Shown one piece after another: positions 1-15,648 of a stretch of 64,000 bases of DNA. This DNA comes from Squalus acanthias (lineage: Eukaryota): the NCBI GenBank assembly GCA_030390025.1, contig JASTWF010000080.1:558001-622000 (forward strand). The letters run 5' to 3'. The notes below the pieces were generated by a model. The model worked only from the letters and a program-made list of their open reading frames with translations, searched no databases and was not told the origin of the DNA. The first letter of the stretch is position 1. Each line of letters begins with the position of its first letter. A program made the position numbers and the translations under genes.

Positions 1-3000
1 CCCCAGAGGGATCTGTGACTGTAATACCGAGCCCCCAGAGGGATCTGTGACTGTAATACCGAGCCCCCAGAGGGATCTGTTACCGTAATACCGAGCCCCC
101 AGAGGGATCTGTGACTGTAATACCGAATCCCCCAGAGGGATCTGTTACTGTAATACCGAGCCCCCAGAGGGATCTGTTACTGTATTACTCAGCCCGCAGA
201 GGGATCTGTTACTGTAATACCGAGCCCCCTGACGGATCTATTACGGTAATACCGATCCCCCAGAGGGATCTGTTACTGTAATACTGAGCCCCCGGAGGGA
301 TCTGTTACAGTAATACCGAGCCCCCAGAGGGATCTGTTACTGTAATACCGAACCCGCAGAGGGATCTGTTACTGTAACACCGAGCCCCCAGTGGGATCTG
401 TTACTGTAATATTGAGCCCCCAGAGGGATCTGTTCCGGTAATACCGAGCCCCCAGAGGGATCTGTTACTGTAATACCGAGCCCCCAGAGGGATCTGTTAC
501 TGTAATACCGAGCCCCCGGAGGGATCTGTTACTGTAATACCGAGCCGCCAGAGGGATCTGTTACTGTAATACCGAGCCCCCAGAGGGATCTGTTACTGTA
601 ATACTGAGTCCCCAGATGGATCTGTTACTGTAATACTGAGCCCCCAGAGGGATCTGTTACTGTATTACTCGGCCCGCAGAGGGATCTGTTACTGTAATAC
701 CGAGCCCCCAGACGGATCTGTTACAGTAATACCGAGCCCCCAGAGGGATCTGTTACTGTAATACCGAGCCCCCAGAGGGATCTGTTACTGTAACGCCGAG
801 CCCCCAGAGGGATCTGTTACTGTAATACTGAGCCCCCAGAGGGATCTGTTCCTGTAATACCGAGCCCCCAGAGGGATCTGTTACTGTAATACCGAGCCCC
901 CAGAGGGATCTGTTACTGTAATACTGAACCCCCAAAGGGATCTGTTACTGTAATACCGAGCCCGCAGAGGGATCTGTTACTGTAATACCGAGTCCCCCAG
1001 AGGGATCTGTTACTGTAATACCGAGCTCCCAGAGGGATCTGTTACTGTAATACTGAATCCCCAGAGGGATCTGATACTGTAGTACCGAGCCCCCAGAGGG
1101 ATCTGTTACTGTAATACCGAGCCCCCAGAGGGATCTGTTACTGTAATACCGAGCCCCCAGAGAGATCTGTTACTGTAATACCGAGCCCCCAGAGGGATCT
1201 GTTAATGTAATACCGAGCCCCCAGAGGGATCTGTTACTGTAATACCGAGCCCCCAGAGGGATCTGTTACTGTAATACTGAACCCGCAGAGGGATCCGTTA
1301 CTGTAATACCGAGCCCCCAGAGGGATCTGTTACTGTAATACCGAGCCCCCAGAGGGATCTGTTACTGTAATACCGAGCCCCAGAGGGATCTGTTACTGTA
1401 ATACTGAGCCCCCAGAGTGATCTGTTACTGTAATACCGAGCCCGCAGAGGGATCTGTTACTGTAATACCGAGCCCGCAGAGGGATCTGTTACTGTAATAC
1501 CGAGCCCCCAGAGGGATCTGTTACTGTAATACCGAGCCCCCAGAGGGATCTGTTACTGTAATACTGAACCCGCAGAGGGATCTGTTACTGTAATACTGAA
1601 CCCCCAGAGGATCTGTTACTGTAATACCGAGCCCCCAGAGGGATCTGTTACTGTAATACTGAACCCCCAGAGGATCTGTTACTGTAATACCGATCCCCCA
1701 GAGGGATCTGTTACTGTAATACTGAACCCGCAGAGGGATCTGTTACTGTAATACCGATCCCCCAGAGGGATCTGTTACTGTAATACCGAGCCCCCAGAGG
1801 GATCTGTTACTGTAATACTGAACCCGCAGAGGGATCTGTTACTGTAATACCGATGCCCCAGAGGGATCTGTTACTGTAATACCGAGCCCCCAGAGGGATC
1901 TGTTACTGTAATACTGAGCCCCCCAGAGGGATCTGTTACTGTAATACCGAGCCCCCAGAGGGATCTGTTACTGTAATACTGAACCCCCAGAGGGATCTGT
2001 TACTGTAATACCGAGCCCCCAGAGGGATCTGTTACTGTAATACCGAGCCCCCAGAGGGATCTGTTACTGTAATACCGAGCCCCCAGAGGGATCTGTTACT
2101 GTAATACCGAGCCCCCAGAGGGATCTGTTACTGTAATACCGAGCCCGCAGAGGGATCTGTTACTGTAATACCGAGCCCCCAGAGGGATCTGTTACTGTAA
2201 TACTGAACCCGCAGAGGGATCTGTTACTGTAATACCGAGCCCCCAGAGGGATCTGTTACTGTAATACCGAGCCCCCAGAGGGATCTGTTACTGTAATACC
2301 GAGCCCGCAGAGGGATCTGTTACTGTAATACCGAGCCCCCAGAGGGATCTGTTACTGCAATACCGAGCCCCCAGAGGGATCTGTTACTGTAATACTGAGC
2401 CCCCGGAGGGATCTGTTACTGTAATACCGAGCACTCAGAGGGATCCGTTACTGTAATACCGAGCCCCCGGAGGAATCTGTTACCATAATACCGAGCCCCC
2501 CAGAGGGATCTGTTACTGTAATACCGAGCCCCCAGAGGGATCTGTTACTGTAGTACTGAGCCCCCAGAGGAATCTGTTACTGTAATACCGAGCCCCCAGA
2601 GGGATCTGTTACTGTAATACCGAACCCCCCAGAGGGATCTGTTGCTGTATTACTGAGCCGCCAGAGGGATCTGTTACTGTAATACTGAGCCCCCAGAGGG
2701 ATCTGTTACTGTAATACTGAGCCCCCGGAGGGATCTGTTAATGTAATACCGAGCCCCCGGAGGGATCTGTTACAGTAATACTGAGCCCCCAGAGGGATCT
2801 GTTACTGTAATACCGAATCCCCCAGATGGATCTGTTACTGTAATACCGAATCCCCCAGAGGGATCTGTTACTGTAATACTGAACCCCCAGAGGGATCTGT
2901 TACTGTAATACTGAGCCCCAGAGGGATCTGTTACTGTAATACTGAGCCCCCAGAGGGATCTGTTACAGTAATACCGAGCCCCCAGAGGGATCCGTTACTG

Positions 3001-6000
3001 TAATACCGAATCCCCCAGAGGGATCTGTTACGGTAATACCGAGCCCCCAGAGGGATCTGTTACTGTAATACCGAGCCCCCAGAGGGATCTGTTACTGTAA
3101 TACCGAGCCCCCAAAGGGATATGTTACTGTAATACCGAGCCCCCAGAGGGATCTGTTACTGTAATACTGAACCCGCAGAGGGATCCGTTACTGTAATACC
3201 GAGCCCCCAGAGGGATCTGTTACTGTAATACCGAGCCCCCAGAGGGATCTGTTACTGTAATACCGAGCCCGCAGAGGGATCTGTTACTGTAATACCGAGC
3301 CCCCGGAGGGATCTGTTACTGTAATACCGAGCACCCAGAGGGATCCGTTACTGTAATACCGAGCCCCCGGAGGAATCTGTTACTGTAATACCGAGCACCC
3401 AGAGGGATCCGTTACTGTAATACCGAGCCCCAGAGGGATCTGTTACTGTAATCCCGAGCCCCCAGAGGGATCTGTGACTGTAATACCGAGCCCCCAGAGG
3501 GATCTGTGACTGTAATACCGAGCCCCCAGAGGGATCTGTTAATGTAATCCCAAGCCCCCAGAGGGATCTGTGACTGTAATACCGAATCCCCCAGAGGGAT
3601 CTGTTAGTGTAATTCCGAGCCCCCAGAGGGATCTGTTACTGTATTACTCAGCCCGCAGAGGGATCTGTTACTGTAATACCGATCTCCCAGAGGGATCTGT
3701 TACTGTAATATTGAGCCCCCGGAGGGATCTGTTTCAGTAATACCGAGCTCCAAGAGGGATCTGTTACTGTAATACCGAGCCCGCAGAGGGATCTGTTACT
3801 GTAACACTGAGCCCACAGAGGGATCTGTTACTGTAATATTGAGCCCCCAGAGGGATCGGTTCCGGAAATACCGAGCCCCCAGAGGGATCTATTACTGTAA
3901 TACCGAGCCCCCAGAGGGATCTGTTACTGTAATACCGAGCCCCCGGAGGGATCTGTTACTGTAATACCGAGCCGCCAGAGGGATCTGTTACTGTAATACC
4001 GAGCCCCCAGAGGGATCTGTTACTGTAATACTGAGTCCCCAGATGGATCTGTTACTGTAATATTGAGTCCCCAGAGGGATCTGTTACTGTATTACTCAGC
4101 CCGCAGAGGGATCTGTTACTGTAATACCGAGCCCCCAGACGGATCTGTTACAGTAATACCGAGCCCCCAGAGGGATCTGTTACTGTAATACCGAGCCCGC
4201 AGAGGGATCTGTTACTGTAACACCGAGCCCCCAGAGGGATCTGTTACTGTAATACTGAGCCCCCAGAGGGATCTGTTACTGTAATACTGAACCCGCAGAG
4301 GGATCTGTTCCTGTAATGCCGAGCCCCCAGAGGGATCTGTTACTGTAATACCGAGCCCCCAGAGGGATCTGTTACTGTAATACTGAACCCCCAGAGGGAT
4401 CTGTTACTGTAATACCGAGACCGCAGAGGGATCTGTTACTGTAATACCGAGCTCCCAGAGGGATCTGTTACTGTAATACTGAATCCCCAGAGGGATCTGA
4501 TACTGTAGTACCGAGCCCCCAGAGGGATCTGTTACTGTAATACCGAGCCCGCAGAGGGATCTGTTACTGTAATACCGAGCCCCCGGAGGGATCTGTTACT
4601 GTAATACCGAGCACCCAGAGGGATCCGTTACTGTAATACCGAGCCCCCGGAGGAATCTGTTACTGTAATACCGAGCCCCAGAGGGATCTGTTACTGTAAA
4701 ACCGAGCCCCAGAGGGATCTGTGACTGTAATACCGAATCCCCCAGAGGGATCTGTTACTGTAATACCGAGCCCCCAAAGGGATCTGTTACTGTATTACTC
4801 AGCCCGCAGAGGGATCTGTTACTGTAATACCGAGCCCCCAGACGGATCTGTTACTGTAATACCGAGCCCCCGGAGGGATCTGTTACTGTAATACCGAGCC
4901 CCCGGAGGGATCTATTACTGTAATACCGAGCCCCCAGAGGGATCTGTTACTGTAATACCGAGCCCCCAGAGGGATCTGTTACTGTAATACCGAGCCCCCA
5001 GAGGGATCTGTTACTGTAATACCGAGCCCCCGGAGGGATCTATTACTGTAATACCGAGCCGCCAGAGGGATCTGTTACTGTAATACCGAGCCCCCAGAGG
5101 GATCTGTTACTGTAATACTGAGTCCCCAGATGGATCTGTTACTGTAATACTGAGCCCCCAGAGGGATCTGTTACTGTATTACTCAGCCCGCAGAGGGATC
5201 TGTTACTGTAATACCGAGCCCCCAGACGGATCTGTTACAGTAATACCGAGCCACCAGAGGGATCTGTTACTGTAATACTGAGCCCCCAGAGGGATCTGTT
5301 ACTGTAATACTGAACCCGCAGAGGGATCTGTTACTGTAATACCGAGCCCCCAGAGGGATCTGTTACTGTAATACCGAGCCCCCGGAGGGATCTATTACTG
5401 TAATACCGAGCCGCCAGAGGGATCTGTTACTGTAATACCGAGCCCCCAGAGGGATCTGTTACTGTAATACTGAGTCCCCAGATGGATCTGTTACTGTAAT
5501 ACTGAGCCCCCAGAGGGATCTGTTACTGTATTACTCAGCCCGCAGAGGGATCTGTTACTGTAATACCGAGCCCCCAGACGGATCTGTTACAGTAATACCG
5601 AGCCACCAGAGGGATCTGTTACTGTAATACTGAGCCCCCAGAGGGATCTGTTACTGTAATACCGAACCCGCAGAGGGATCTGTTCCTGTAATACCGAGCC
5701 CCCAGAGGGATCTGTTACTGTAATACCGAGCCCCCAGAGGGATCTGTTACTGTAATACTGAACCCCCAGAGGGATCTGTTACTGTAATACCGATCCCCCG
5801 GAGGGATCTGTTACTGTAATACCGAGCCCCCAGAGGGATCTGTTACTGTAATACTGAACACCCAGAGGATCTGTTACTGTAATACCGATCCCCCAGATGG
5901 ATCTGTTACTGTAATACTGAACCCGCAGAGGGATCTGTTACTGTAATACCGATCCCCCAGAGGGATCTGTTACTGTAATACCGAGCCCCAGAGGGATCTG

Positions 6001-9000
6001 TTACTGTAATACTGAACCCGCAGAGGGATCTGTTACTGTAATACCGATGCCCCAGAGGGATCTGTTACTGTAATACCGAGCCCCCAGAGGGATCTGTTAC
6101 TGTAATACCGAGCTCCCGGAGGGATCTGTTACTGTAATACCGAGCCCCCAGAGGGATCTGTTACTGTAATACCGAGCCCCCCAGAGGGATCTGTTACTGT
6201 AATACCGAGCCCCCAGAGGGATCTGTTACTGTAATACTGAACCCCCAGAGGGATCTGTTACTGTAATACCGAGCCCCCAGAGGGATCTGTTACTGTAATA
6301 CCGAGCCCCCAGAGGGATCTGTTACTGTAATACCGAGCCCCCAGAGGGATCTGTTAATGTAATACCGAGCCCCCAGAGGGATCTGTTACTGTAATACCAA
6401 GCCCGCAGAGGGATCTGTTACTGTAATACCGAGCCCCCAGAGGGATCTGTTACTGTAATACTGAACCCGCAGAGGGATCTGTTACTGTAATACCGAGCCC
6501 CCAGAGGGATCTGTTACTGTAATACCGAGCCCCCAGAGGGATCTGTTACTGTAATACCGAGCCCGCAGGGGGATCTGTTACTGTAATACCGAGCCCCCAG
6601 AGGGATCTGTTACTGCAATACCGAGCCCCCAGAGGGATCTGTTACTGTAATACTGAGCCCCCGGAGGGATCTGTTACTGTAATACCGAGCACTCAGAGGG
6701 ATCCGTTACTGTAATACCGAGCCCCCGGAGGAATCTGTTACCATAATACCGAGCCCCCCAGAGGGATCTGTTACTGTAATACCGAGCCCCCAGAGGAATC
6801 TGTTACTGTGGTACTGAGCCCCCAGAGGAATCTGTTACTGTAATACCGAGCCCCCAGAGGGATGTGTTACTGTAATAACGAACCCCCCAGAGGGATCTGT
6901 TGCTGTATTACTGAGCCGCCAGAGGGATCTGTTACTGTAATACTGAGCCCCCAGAGGGATCTGTTACTGTAATACTGAGCCCCCGGAGGGATCTGTTAAT
7001 GTAATACCGAGCCCCCGGAGGGATCTGTTACAGTAATACTGAGCCCCCAGAGGGATCTGTTACTGTAATACCGAATCCCCCAGAGGGATCTGTTACTGTA
7101 ATACCGAATCCCCCAGAGGGATCTGTTACTGTAATACTGAACCCCCAGAGGGATCTGTTACTGTAATACTGAGCCCCAGATGGATCTGTTACTGTAATAC
7201 TGAGCCCCCAGAGGGATCTGTTACAGTAATACCGAGCCCCCAGAGGGATCCGTTACTGTAATACCGAATCCCCCAGAGGGATCTGTTACTGTAATACCGA
7301 GCCCCCAGAGGGATCTGTTACTGTAATACCGAGCCCCCAAAGGGATCTGTTACTGTAATACCGAGCCCCAGAGGGATCTGTTACTGTAATCCCGAGCCCC
7401 CAGAGGGATCTGTGACTGTAATACCGAGCCCCCAGAGGGATCTGTGACTGTAATACCGAGCCCCCAGAGGGATCTGTTACCGCAATACCGAGCCCCCAGA
7501 GGGATCTGTGACTGTAATACCGAATCCCCCAGAGGGATCTGTTACTGTAATACCGAGCCCCCAGAGGGATCTGTTACTGTATTACTCAGCCCGCAGAGGG
7601 ATCTGTTACTGTAATACCGAGCACCCTGACGGATCTATTACGGTAATACCGATCCCCCAGAGGGATCTGTTACTGTATTACTCGGCCCGCAGAGGGATCT
7701 GTTACTGTAATACCGAGCCCCCGAGCCCCCAGAGGGATCTGTTACTGTAACGCCGAGCCCCCAGAGGGATCTGTTACTGTAATACTGAGCCCCCAGAGGG
7801 ATCTGTTCCTGTAATACCGAGCCCCCAGAGGGATCTGTTACTGTAATACCGAGCCCCCAGAGGGATTTGTTACTGTAATACTGAACCCCCAAAGGGATCT
7901 GTTACTGTAATACCGAGCCCGCAGAGGGATCTGTTACTGTAATACCGAGCCCCCCAGAGGGATCTGTTACTGTAATACCGAGCTCCCAGAGGGATCTGTT
8001 ACTGTAATACTGAATCCCCAGAGGGATCTGATACTGTAGTACCGAGCCCCCAGAGGGATCTGTTAATGTAATACCGAGCCCCCAGAGGGATCTGTTACTG
8101 TAATACCGAGCCCCCAAAGGGATATGTTACTGTAATACCGAGCCCCCAGAGGGATCTGTTACTGTAATAGCGAGCCCGCAGAGGGATCTGTTACTGTAAT
8201 ACCGAGCCCCCGGAGGGATCTGTTACTGTAATACTGAACCCGCAGAGGGATCCGTTACTGTAATACCGAGCCCCCAGAGGGATCTGTTACTGTAATACCG
8301 AGCCCCCAGAGGGATCTGTTACTGTAATACCGAGCCCGCAGAGGGATCTGTTACTGTAATACCGAGCCCCCGGAGGGATCTGTTACTGTAATACCGAGCA
8401 CCCAGAGGGATCCGTTACTGTAATACCGAGCCCCCGGAGGAATCTGTTACTGTAATACCGAGCACCCAGAGGGATCCGTTACTGTAATACCGAGCCCCAG
8501 AGGGATCTGTTACTGTAATCCCGAGCCCCCAGAGGGATCTGTGACTGTAATACCGAGCCCCCAGAGGGATCTGTGACTGTAATACCGAGCCCCCAGAGGG
8601 ATCTGTTAATGTAATCCCAAGCCCCCAGAGGGATCTGTGACTGTAATACCGAATCCCCCAGAGGGATCTGTTAGTGTAATTCCGAGCCCCCAGAGGGATC
8701 TGTTACTGTATTACTCAGCCCGCAGAGGGATCTGTTACTGTAATACCGATCCCCCAGAGGGATCTGTTACTGTAATACCGAGCCCCCAGAGGGATCTGTT
8801 ACTGTAATACCGAGCCCCCAGAGGGATCTGTTACTGTAATACTGAACCCCCAGAGGGATCTGTTACTGTAATACCGAGACCGCAGAGGGATCTGTTACTG
8901 TAATACCGAGCTCCCAGAGGGATCTGTTACTGTAATACTGAATCCCCAGAGGGATCTGATACTGTAGTACCGAGCCCCCAGAGGGATCTGTTACTGTAAT

Positions 9001-12000
9001 ACCGAGCCCCCAGAGGGATCTGTTACTTTAATACCGAGCCCCCAGAGGGATCTGTTACTGTAATACCGAGCCCCCAGAGGGATCTGTTAATGTAATACCG
9101 AGCCCCCAGAGGGATCTGTTACTGTGATACCGAGCCCGCAGAGGGATCTGTTACTGTAATACCGAGCCCCCGGAGGGATCTGTTACTGTAATACCGAGCA
9201 CCCAGAGGGATCCGTTACTGTAATACCGAGCCCCCGGAGGAATCTGTTACTGTAATACCGAGCCCCAGAGGGATCTGTTACTGTAATACCGAGCCCCAGA
9301 GGGATCTGTGACTGTAACACCGAGCCCCCGGAGGGATCTGTTACTGTAATCCCGAGCCCCCAGAGGGATCTGTGACTGTAATACCGAATCCCCCAGAGGG
9401 ATCTGTTACTGTAATACCGAGCCCCCAGAGTGATCTGTTACTGTATTACTCAGCCCGCAGAGGGATCTGTTACTGTAATACCGAGCCCCCAGACGGATCT
9501 GTTACTGTAATACCGAGCCCCCAGAGGGATCTGTTACTGTAATACCGAGCCCCCGGAGGGATCTATTACTGTAATACCGAGCCGCCAGAGGGATCTGTTA
9601 CTGTAATACCGAGCCCCCAGAGGGATCTGTTACTGTAATACCGAGCCCCCAGAGGGATCTGTTACTGTAATACCGAGCCCCCGGAGGGATCTATTACTGT
9701 AATACCGAGCCGCCAGAGGGATCTGTTACTGTAATACCGAGCCCCCAGAGGGATCTGTTACTGTAATACTGAGTCCCCAGATGGATCTGTTACTGTAATA
9801 CTGAGCCCCCAGAGGGATCTGTTACTGTATTACTCAGCCCGCAGAGGGATCTGTTACTGTAATACCGAGCCCCCAGACGGATCTGTTACAGTAATACCGA
9901 GCCACCAGAGGGATCTGTTACTGTAATACTGAGCCCCCAGAGGGATCTGTTACTGTAATACTGAACCCGCAGAGGGATCTGTTCCTGTAATACCGAGCCC
10001 CCAGAGGGATCTGTTACTGTAATACCGAGCCCCCAGAGGGATCTGTTACTGTAATACTGAACCCCCAGAGGGATCTGTTACTGTAATACCGAGCCCGCAG
10101 AGGGATCTGTTACTGTAATACCGAGCTCCCAGAGGGATCTGTTACTGTAATACGGAATCCCCAGAGGGATCTGATACTGTAGTACCGAGCCCCCAGAGGG
10201 ATCTGTTACTGTAATACCGAGCCCCCAGAGGGATCTGTTACTGTAATACCGAGCCCCCAGAGGGATCTGTTACTGTTATACCGAGTCCCCAGAGGGATCT
10301 GTTAATGTAATACCGAGCCCCCAGAGGGATCTGTTACTGTAATACCGAGCCCCCAAAGGGATATGTTACTGTAATACCGAACCCCCCAGAGGGATCTGTT
10401 ACTGTAATACTGAGCCGCCAGAGGGATCTGTTAATGTAATACCGAGCCCCCAGAGGGATCTGTTACTGTAATACCGAGCCCCCAAAGGGATCTGTTACTG
10501 TAATACTGAGCCCCCAGAGGGATCTGTTACTGTAATACTGAACCCGCAGAGGGACCCGTTACTGTAATACCGAGCCCCCAGAGGGATCTGTTACTGTAAT
10601 ACCGAGCCCCCAGAGGGATCTGTTACTGTAATACCGAGCCCCCAGAGGGATCTGTTACTGTAATACCAAGCCCGCAGAGGGATCTGTTACTGTAATACCG
10701 AGCCCCCGGAGGGATCTGTTACTGTAATACCGAGCACCCAGAGGGATCCGTTACTGTAATACCGAGCCCCCGGAGGAATCTGTTACTGTAATACCGAGCC
10801 CCAGAGGGATCCGTTACTGTAATACCGAGCCCCCAGAGGGATCTGTTACTGTATTACTGAGCCCCCAGAGGGATCTGTTACTTTAATACCGAGCCAGCAG
10901 AGGGATCTGTTACTGTAATACCGAACCCCCCAGAGGGATCTGTTACTGTATTACTGAGCCGCCAGACGGATCTGTTACTGTAATACTGAACCCCCAGAGG
11001 GATCTGTTACTGTAATACCGAATCCCCCAGAGGGATCTGTTACTGTAATACCGAGCCCCCAGAGGGATCTGTTACTGTAATACCGAGCCCCCAAAGGGAT
11101 CTGTTACTGTATTACTCAGCCCGCAGAGGGAACTGTTACTGTAATAACGAGCCCCCAGACGAATCTGTTACTGTAATACCGATCCCCCAGAGGGATCTGT
11201 TACTGTAATACTGAGCCCACGGAGGGATCTGTTACAGCAATACCGAGCCCCCAGAGGGATCTGTTACTGTAATACCGAGCCCGCAGAGGGATCTGTTACT
11301 ATAACACCAAGCCCCCAGAGGGATCTGTTACTGTAATACTGAGCCCCCAGAGGGATCTGTTCCTGAAATACCGAGCCCCCAGAGGGATCTGTTACTGTAA
11401 TACCGAGCCCCAGAGGGATCTGTCACTGTAATACCGAACCCCCAGAGTGATCTGTTACTGTAATACTGAACCCACAGAGGGATCTGTTACTGTAATACCG
11501 AGCCCCCAGAGGGATCTATTACTGTAATACCGAGCCCCCAGAGGGATCTGTTACTGTAATACCGAACCCCCAGAGGGATCTGTTACTGTAATACCGAGCC
11601 GGCAGAGGGATCTGTTACTGTAATACCGAGCCCCCAGAGGGATCTGTTACTGTAATACCGAGCCCCCAGAGGGATCTGTTACTATAATACCGAGCCCCCA
11701 AAGGGATCTGTTACTATAATATCGAGCCCCAAGAGGGATCTGTTACTATAATACCGAGCCCGCAGAGGGATCTGTTACTGTAATACCGAGCCCCCAGAGG
11801 GATCTGTTACTGTAATACCGAGCCCCCAGAGGGATCTGTTACTGTAATACGGAGCCCCCAGAGGGATCTGTTACTGTAACACCGAGCCCTCAGAGGGATC
11901 TGTTACTGTAATACCGAGCCCCAGAGGGATCTGTTACTGTAATACTGAATCCCCAGAGGGATCTGTTACTGTAATACTGAGCACCCAGAGGGATCTGTTA

Positions 12001-15000
12001 CTGTAACACCGAGCCCCTAGAGGGATCTGTTACTGTAATACCGAGCCCCCAGAGGGATCTGTTACTGTAATACCGAGCCTCCAGAGGGATCTGTTAATGT
12101 AATACCGAGCCCCCAGAGGGATCTGTTACTGTAATACCGAGCCCCCAAAGGGATCTGTTACTGTAATACCAAGCCCCCAGAGGGATCTGTTACTGTAATA
12201 CCGAGCCCCCAGATGGATCTGTTACTGTAATACCGAGCCCCCAAAGGGATCTGTTACTGTAATACCGAGCCCCCAGAGGGATCTGTTACTGTAATACTGA
12301 ACCCGCAGAGGGATCCGTTACTGTAATACCGAGCCCCCAGAGGGATCTGTTACTGTAATACCGAGCCCCCAGAGGGATCTGTTACTGTAATACCGAGCCC
12401 CAGAGGGATCTGTTACTGTATTACTGAGCCCCCAGAGGGATCTGTTACTGGAATACTGAGCCCCCAGAGGGATCTGTTACTGTAATACCGAGCCCGCAGA
12501 GGGATCTGTTACTGTAATACTGAGCCCCCGGAGGGATCTGTTACGGTAATACCGAGCCCCCAGAGGTATCTGTTACTGTAATACCGAGCCCACAGAGGGA
12601 TCTGTTACTGTAATACTGAACCCCCAGAGGGATCTGTTACTGTAATACCGAGCCCCCGGAGGGATCTGTTACTGTAATAACGAGCCCCCAGAGGGATCTG
12701 TTACTGTAATACTGAACCCCCAGTGGGATCTGTTACTGTAATACCGAGCCCCCGGAGGGATCTGTTACTGTAATACCGAGCCCCCAGAGGGATCTGTTAC
12801 TGTAATACTGAACCCCCAGAGGGATCTGTTACTGTAAAACCGAGCCCGCAGAGGGATCTGTTACTGTAATACCGAGCTCCCGGAGGGATCTGTTACTGCA
12901 ATACCGAGCCCCCAGAGGGATCTGTTACTGTAATACTGAATCCCCAGAGGGATCTGTTACTGTAATACCGAGCCCCTAGAGGGATCTGTTACTGTAACAC
13001 CGAGCCCCCAGAGGGATCTGTTACTATAATTCCGAGCCCCCAGAGGGATCTGTTACTGTAATACCGAGCCCCCAGAGGGATCTGTTACTGTAATACCGAG
13101 CCCCCAGAGGGATCCGTTACTGTAATACCGAGCCCCCAGAGGGATCTGTTACTGTAATACCGAGCCCCCAGAGGGATCTGTTACTGTAATACCGAGCCCC
13201 CAGAGGGATCTGTTACTGTAATACTGAACCCGCAGAGGGATCTGTTACTGTAATACTGAACCCGCAGAGGGATCCGTTACTGTAATACCGAGCCCCCAGA
13301 GGGATCTGTTAATGTAATACCGAGCCCCAGAGGGATCTGTTACTGTATTACTGAGCCCCAGAGGGATCTGTTACTGGAATACTGAGCCCCCAGAGGGATC
13401 TGTTACTGTAATACCGAGCCCCCAGAGGGATCTGTTAATGTAATACCGAGCCCCAGAGGGATCTGTTACTGTATTACTGAGCCCCCAGAGGGATCTGTTA
13501 CTGGAATACTGAGCCCCCAGAGGGATCTGTTACTGTAATACCGAGCCCGCAGAGGGATCTGTTACTGTAATACTGAGCCCCCAGAGGGATCTGTTACTGT
13601 AATACCGAGCCCCCGGAGGGATCTGTTACTGTAATACCGAGCCCCCAGAGGGATCTGTTACTGTCATACGGAACCCCCAGAGGGATCTGTTACTGTAAAA
13701 CCGAGCCCGCAGAGGGATCTGTTACTGTAATACCGAGCTCCCGGAGGGATCTGTTACTGTAATACCGAGCCCCCAGAGGGATCTGTTACTGTAATACCGA
13801 GCCCCCCAGAGGGATCTGTTACTGTAATACCGAGCCCGCAGAGTGATCTGTTACTGTAATACTGAACCCCCAGAGGGATCTGTTACTGTAATACCGAGCC
13901 CCCAGAGGGACCTGTTACTGTAATACCAAGCCCCCAGAGGGATCTGTTACTGTAATACCGAGCCCCCAGAGGGATCTGTTACTGTAATACTGAATCCCCA
14001 GAGGGATCTGTTACTGTAATACCGAGCCCCCAGAGGGATCTGTTACTGTAATACCGAGCCCCCAGAGGGATCTGTTACTGTAAAACCTAGCCCGCAGAGG
14101 GATCTGTTACTGTAATACCGAACCCCCCAGAGGGATCTGTTACTGTAATACTGAATCCCCAGAGGGATCTGTTACTGTAATACCGAGCCCCCAGAGGGAT
14201 CTGTTACTGTAACACCGAGCCCCCAGAGGGATCTGTTCATGTAATACTGAGCCCCCAGAGGCATCTGTTACTGTAATACCGAGCCCCCAGAGGGATCTGT
14301 TACTGTAATACTGAGCCCCCAGAGGGATCTGTTACTGTAATACCGAGCCCCCCAGAGGGATCTGTTACTGCAATACCGAGCCCCCAGAGGGATCTGTTAC
14401 TGTAACACCGAGCCACCAGAGGGATCTGTTACTGTTATACTGAGCCCGCAGAGGGATCTGTTACTGTAATACCAAGCCCCCAGAGGGATCTGTTACTATA
14501 ATACCGAGCCCCCAGAGGGATCTGTTACTGTAGGACTGAGCCCCCAGAGGGATCTGTTACTGTAACACCGAGCCCCCAGAGGGATCTGTTCATGTAATAC
14601 TGAGCCCCCAGAGGCATCTGTTACTGTAATACCGAGCCCCCAGAGGGATCTGTTACTGTAATACTGAACCCGCGGAGGGACCTGTTACTGTAATACCGAG
14701 CCCCCAGTGGGGTCTGTTACTGCAATACCGAGCCCCCAGAGGGATCTGTTACTGTAACACCGAGCCACCAGAGGGATCTGTTACTGTTATACTGAGCCCG
14801 CAGAGGGATCTGTTACTGTAATACCAAGCCCCCAGAGGGATCTGTTACTATAATACCGAGCCCCCAGAGGGATCTGTTACTGTAGGACTGAGCCCCCAGA
14901 GGGATCTGTTAACGTAATACCGAGCCCCCAGAGGGATCTGTTACTGTAATACCAGGCCCCGAGAGGGATCTGTTACTGTAGGACTGAGCCCGCAGAGGGA

Positions 15001-15446
15001 TCTGTTACTGTAGGACTGAGCCCGCAGAGGGATCTGTTACTGTAATACCGAGCCCGCAGAGTGATCTGTTACTGTAATACCGAGTCCCCAGAGGGATCTG
15101 TTACTGTAATACTGAGCCCCCAGAGGGATCTGTTACTGTAATACCGAGCCCCCAGAGGGATCTGTTACTGTAATACCGAGCCCCGAGAGGGATCTGTTAC
15201 TGTAGGACTGAGCCCCCAGAGGGATCTGTTACTGTAATACCGAGCCCCCAGAGGGATCTGTTACTGTAATACCGAGCCCCGAGAGGGATCTGTTACTGTA
15301 GGACTGAGCCCGCAGAGGGATCTGTTACTGTAATACCGAGCCCCCAGAGGGATCTGTTACTGTAATACCGAGCCCCCAGAGGGGTCTGTTACTGTAATAC
15401 CGAGCCCCCAGAGGGATCTGTTGCTGTAGGACTGAGCCCGCAGAGA
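1..15446. repeat. Tandem satellite, 32-bp unit (GAGGGATCTGTTACTGTAATACCGAGCCCCCA), roughly 480 copies, runs off the window start; probably intronic to the MHC class I gene
   Basis: 32-bp period seen directly (GAGGG at 6, 38, ...); head-to-tail with no unique spacers; ends ~200 bp before the alpha2 acceptor. Confidence 0.98.
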
Positions 15447-15648
15447 GACACTGCCGCTATCTCCCCCAGCGCGCACCCCCCCCCCTGCCTCCATTTCTAC
15501 CTGATACTTTTAGGTCCCTTTTCCCCTCTGATCAGACTATTTGTGACTCTAATCCCTCCTATTACTGTGGAGAAGATTTTAAGACTCGCTGCCTGTGTAA
15601 TAAAGGGATATTTTCCATTAACGATTGATTCTTTGTTGGTCACTACAG

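Noticed and set aside
1-15446. 32-bp repeat resembling a CRISPR direct repeat in length
   Set aside because: Units are contiguous with no unique spacers, there are no cas genes, and the context is vertebrate
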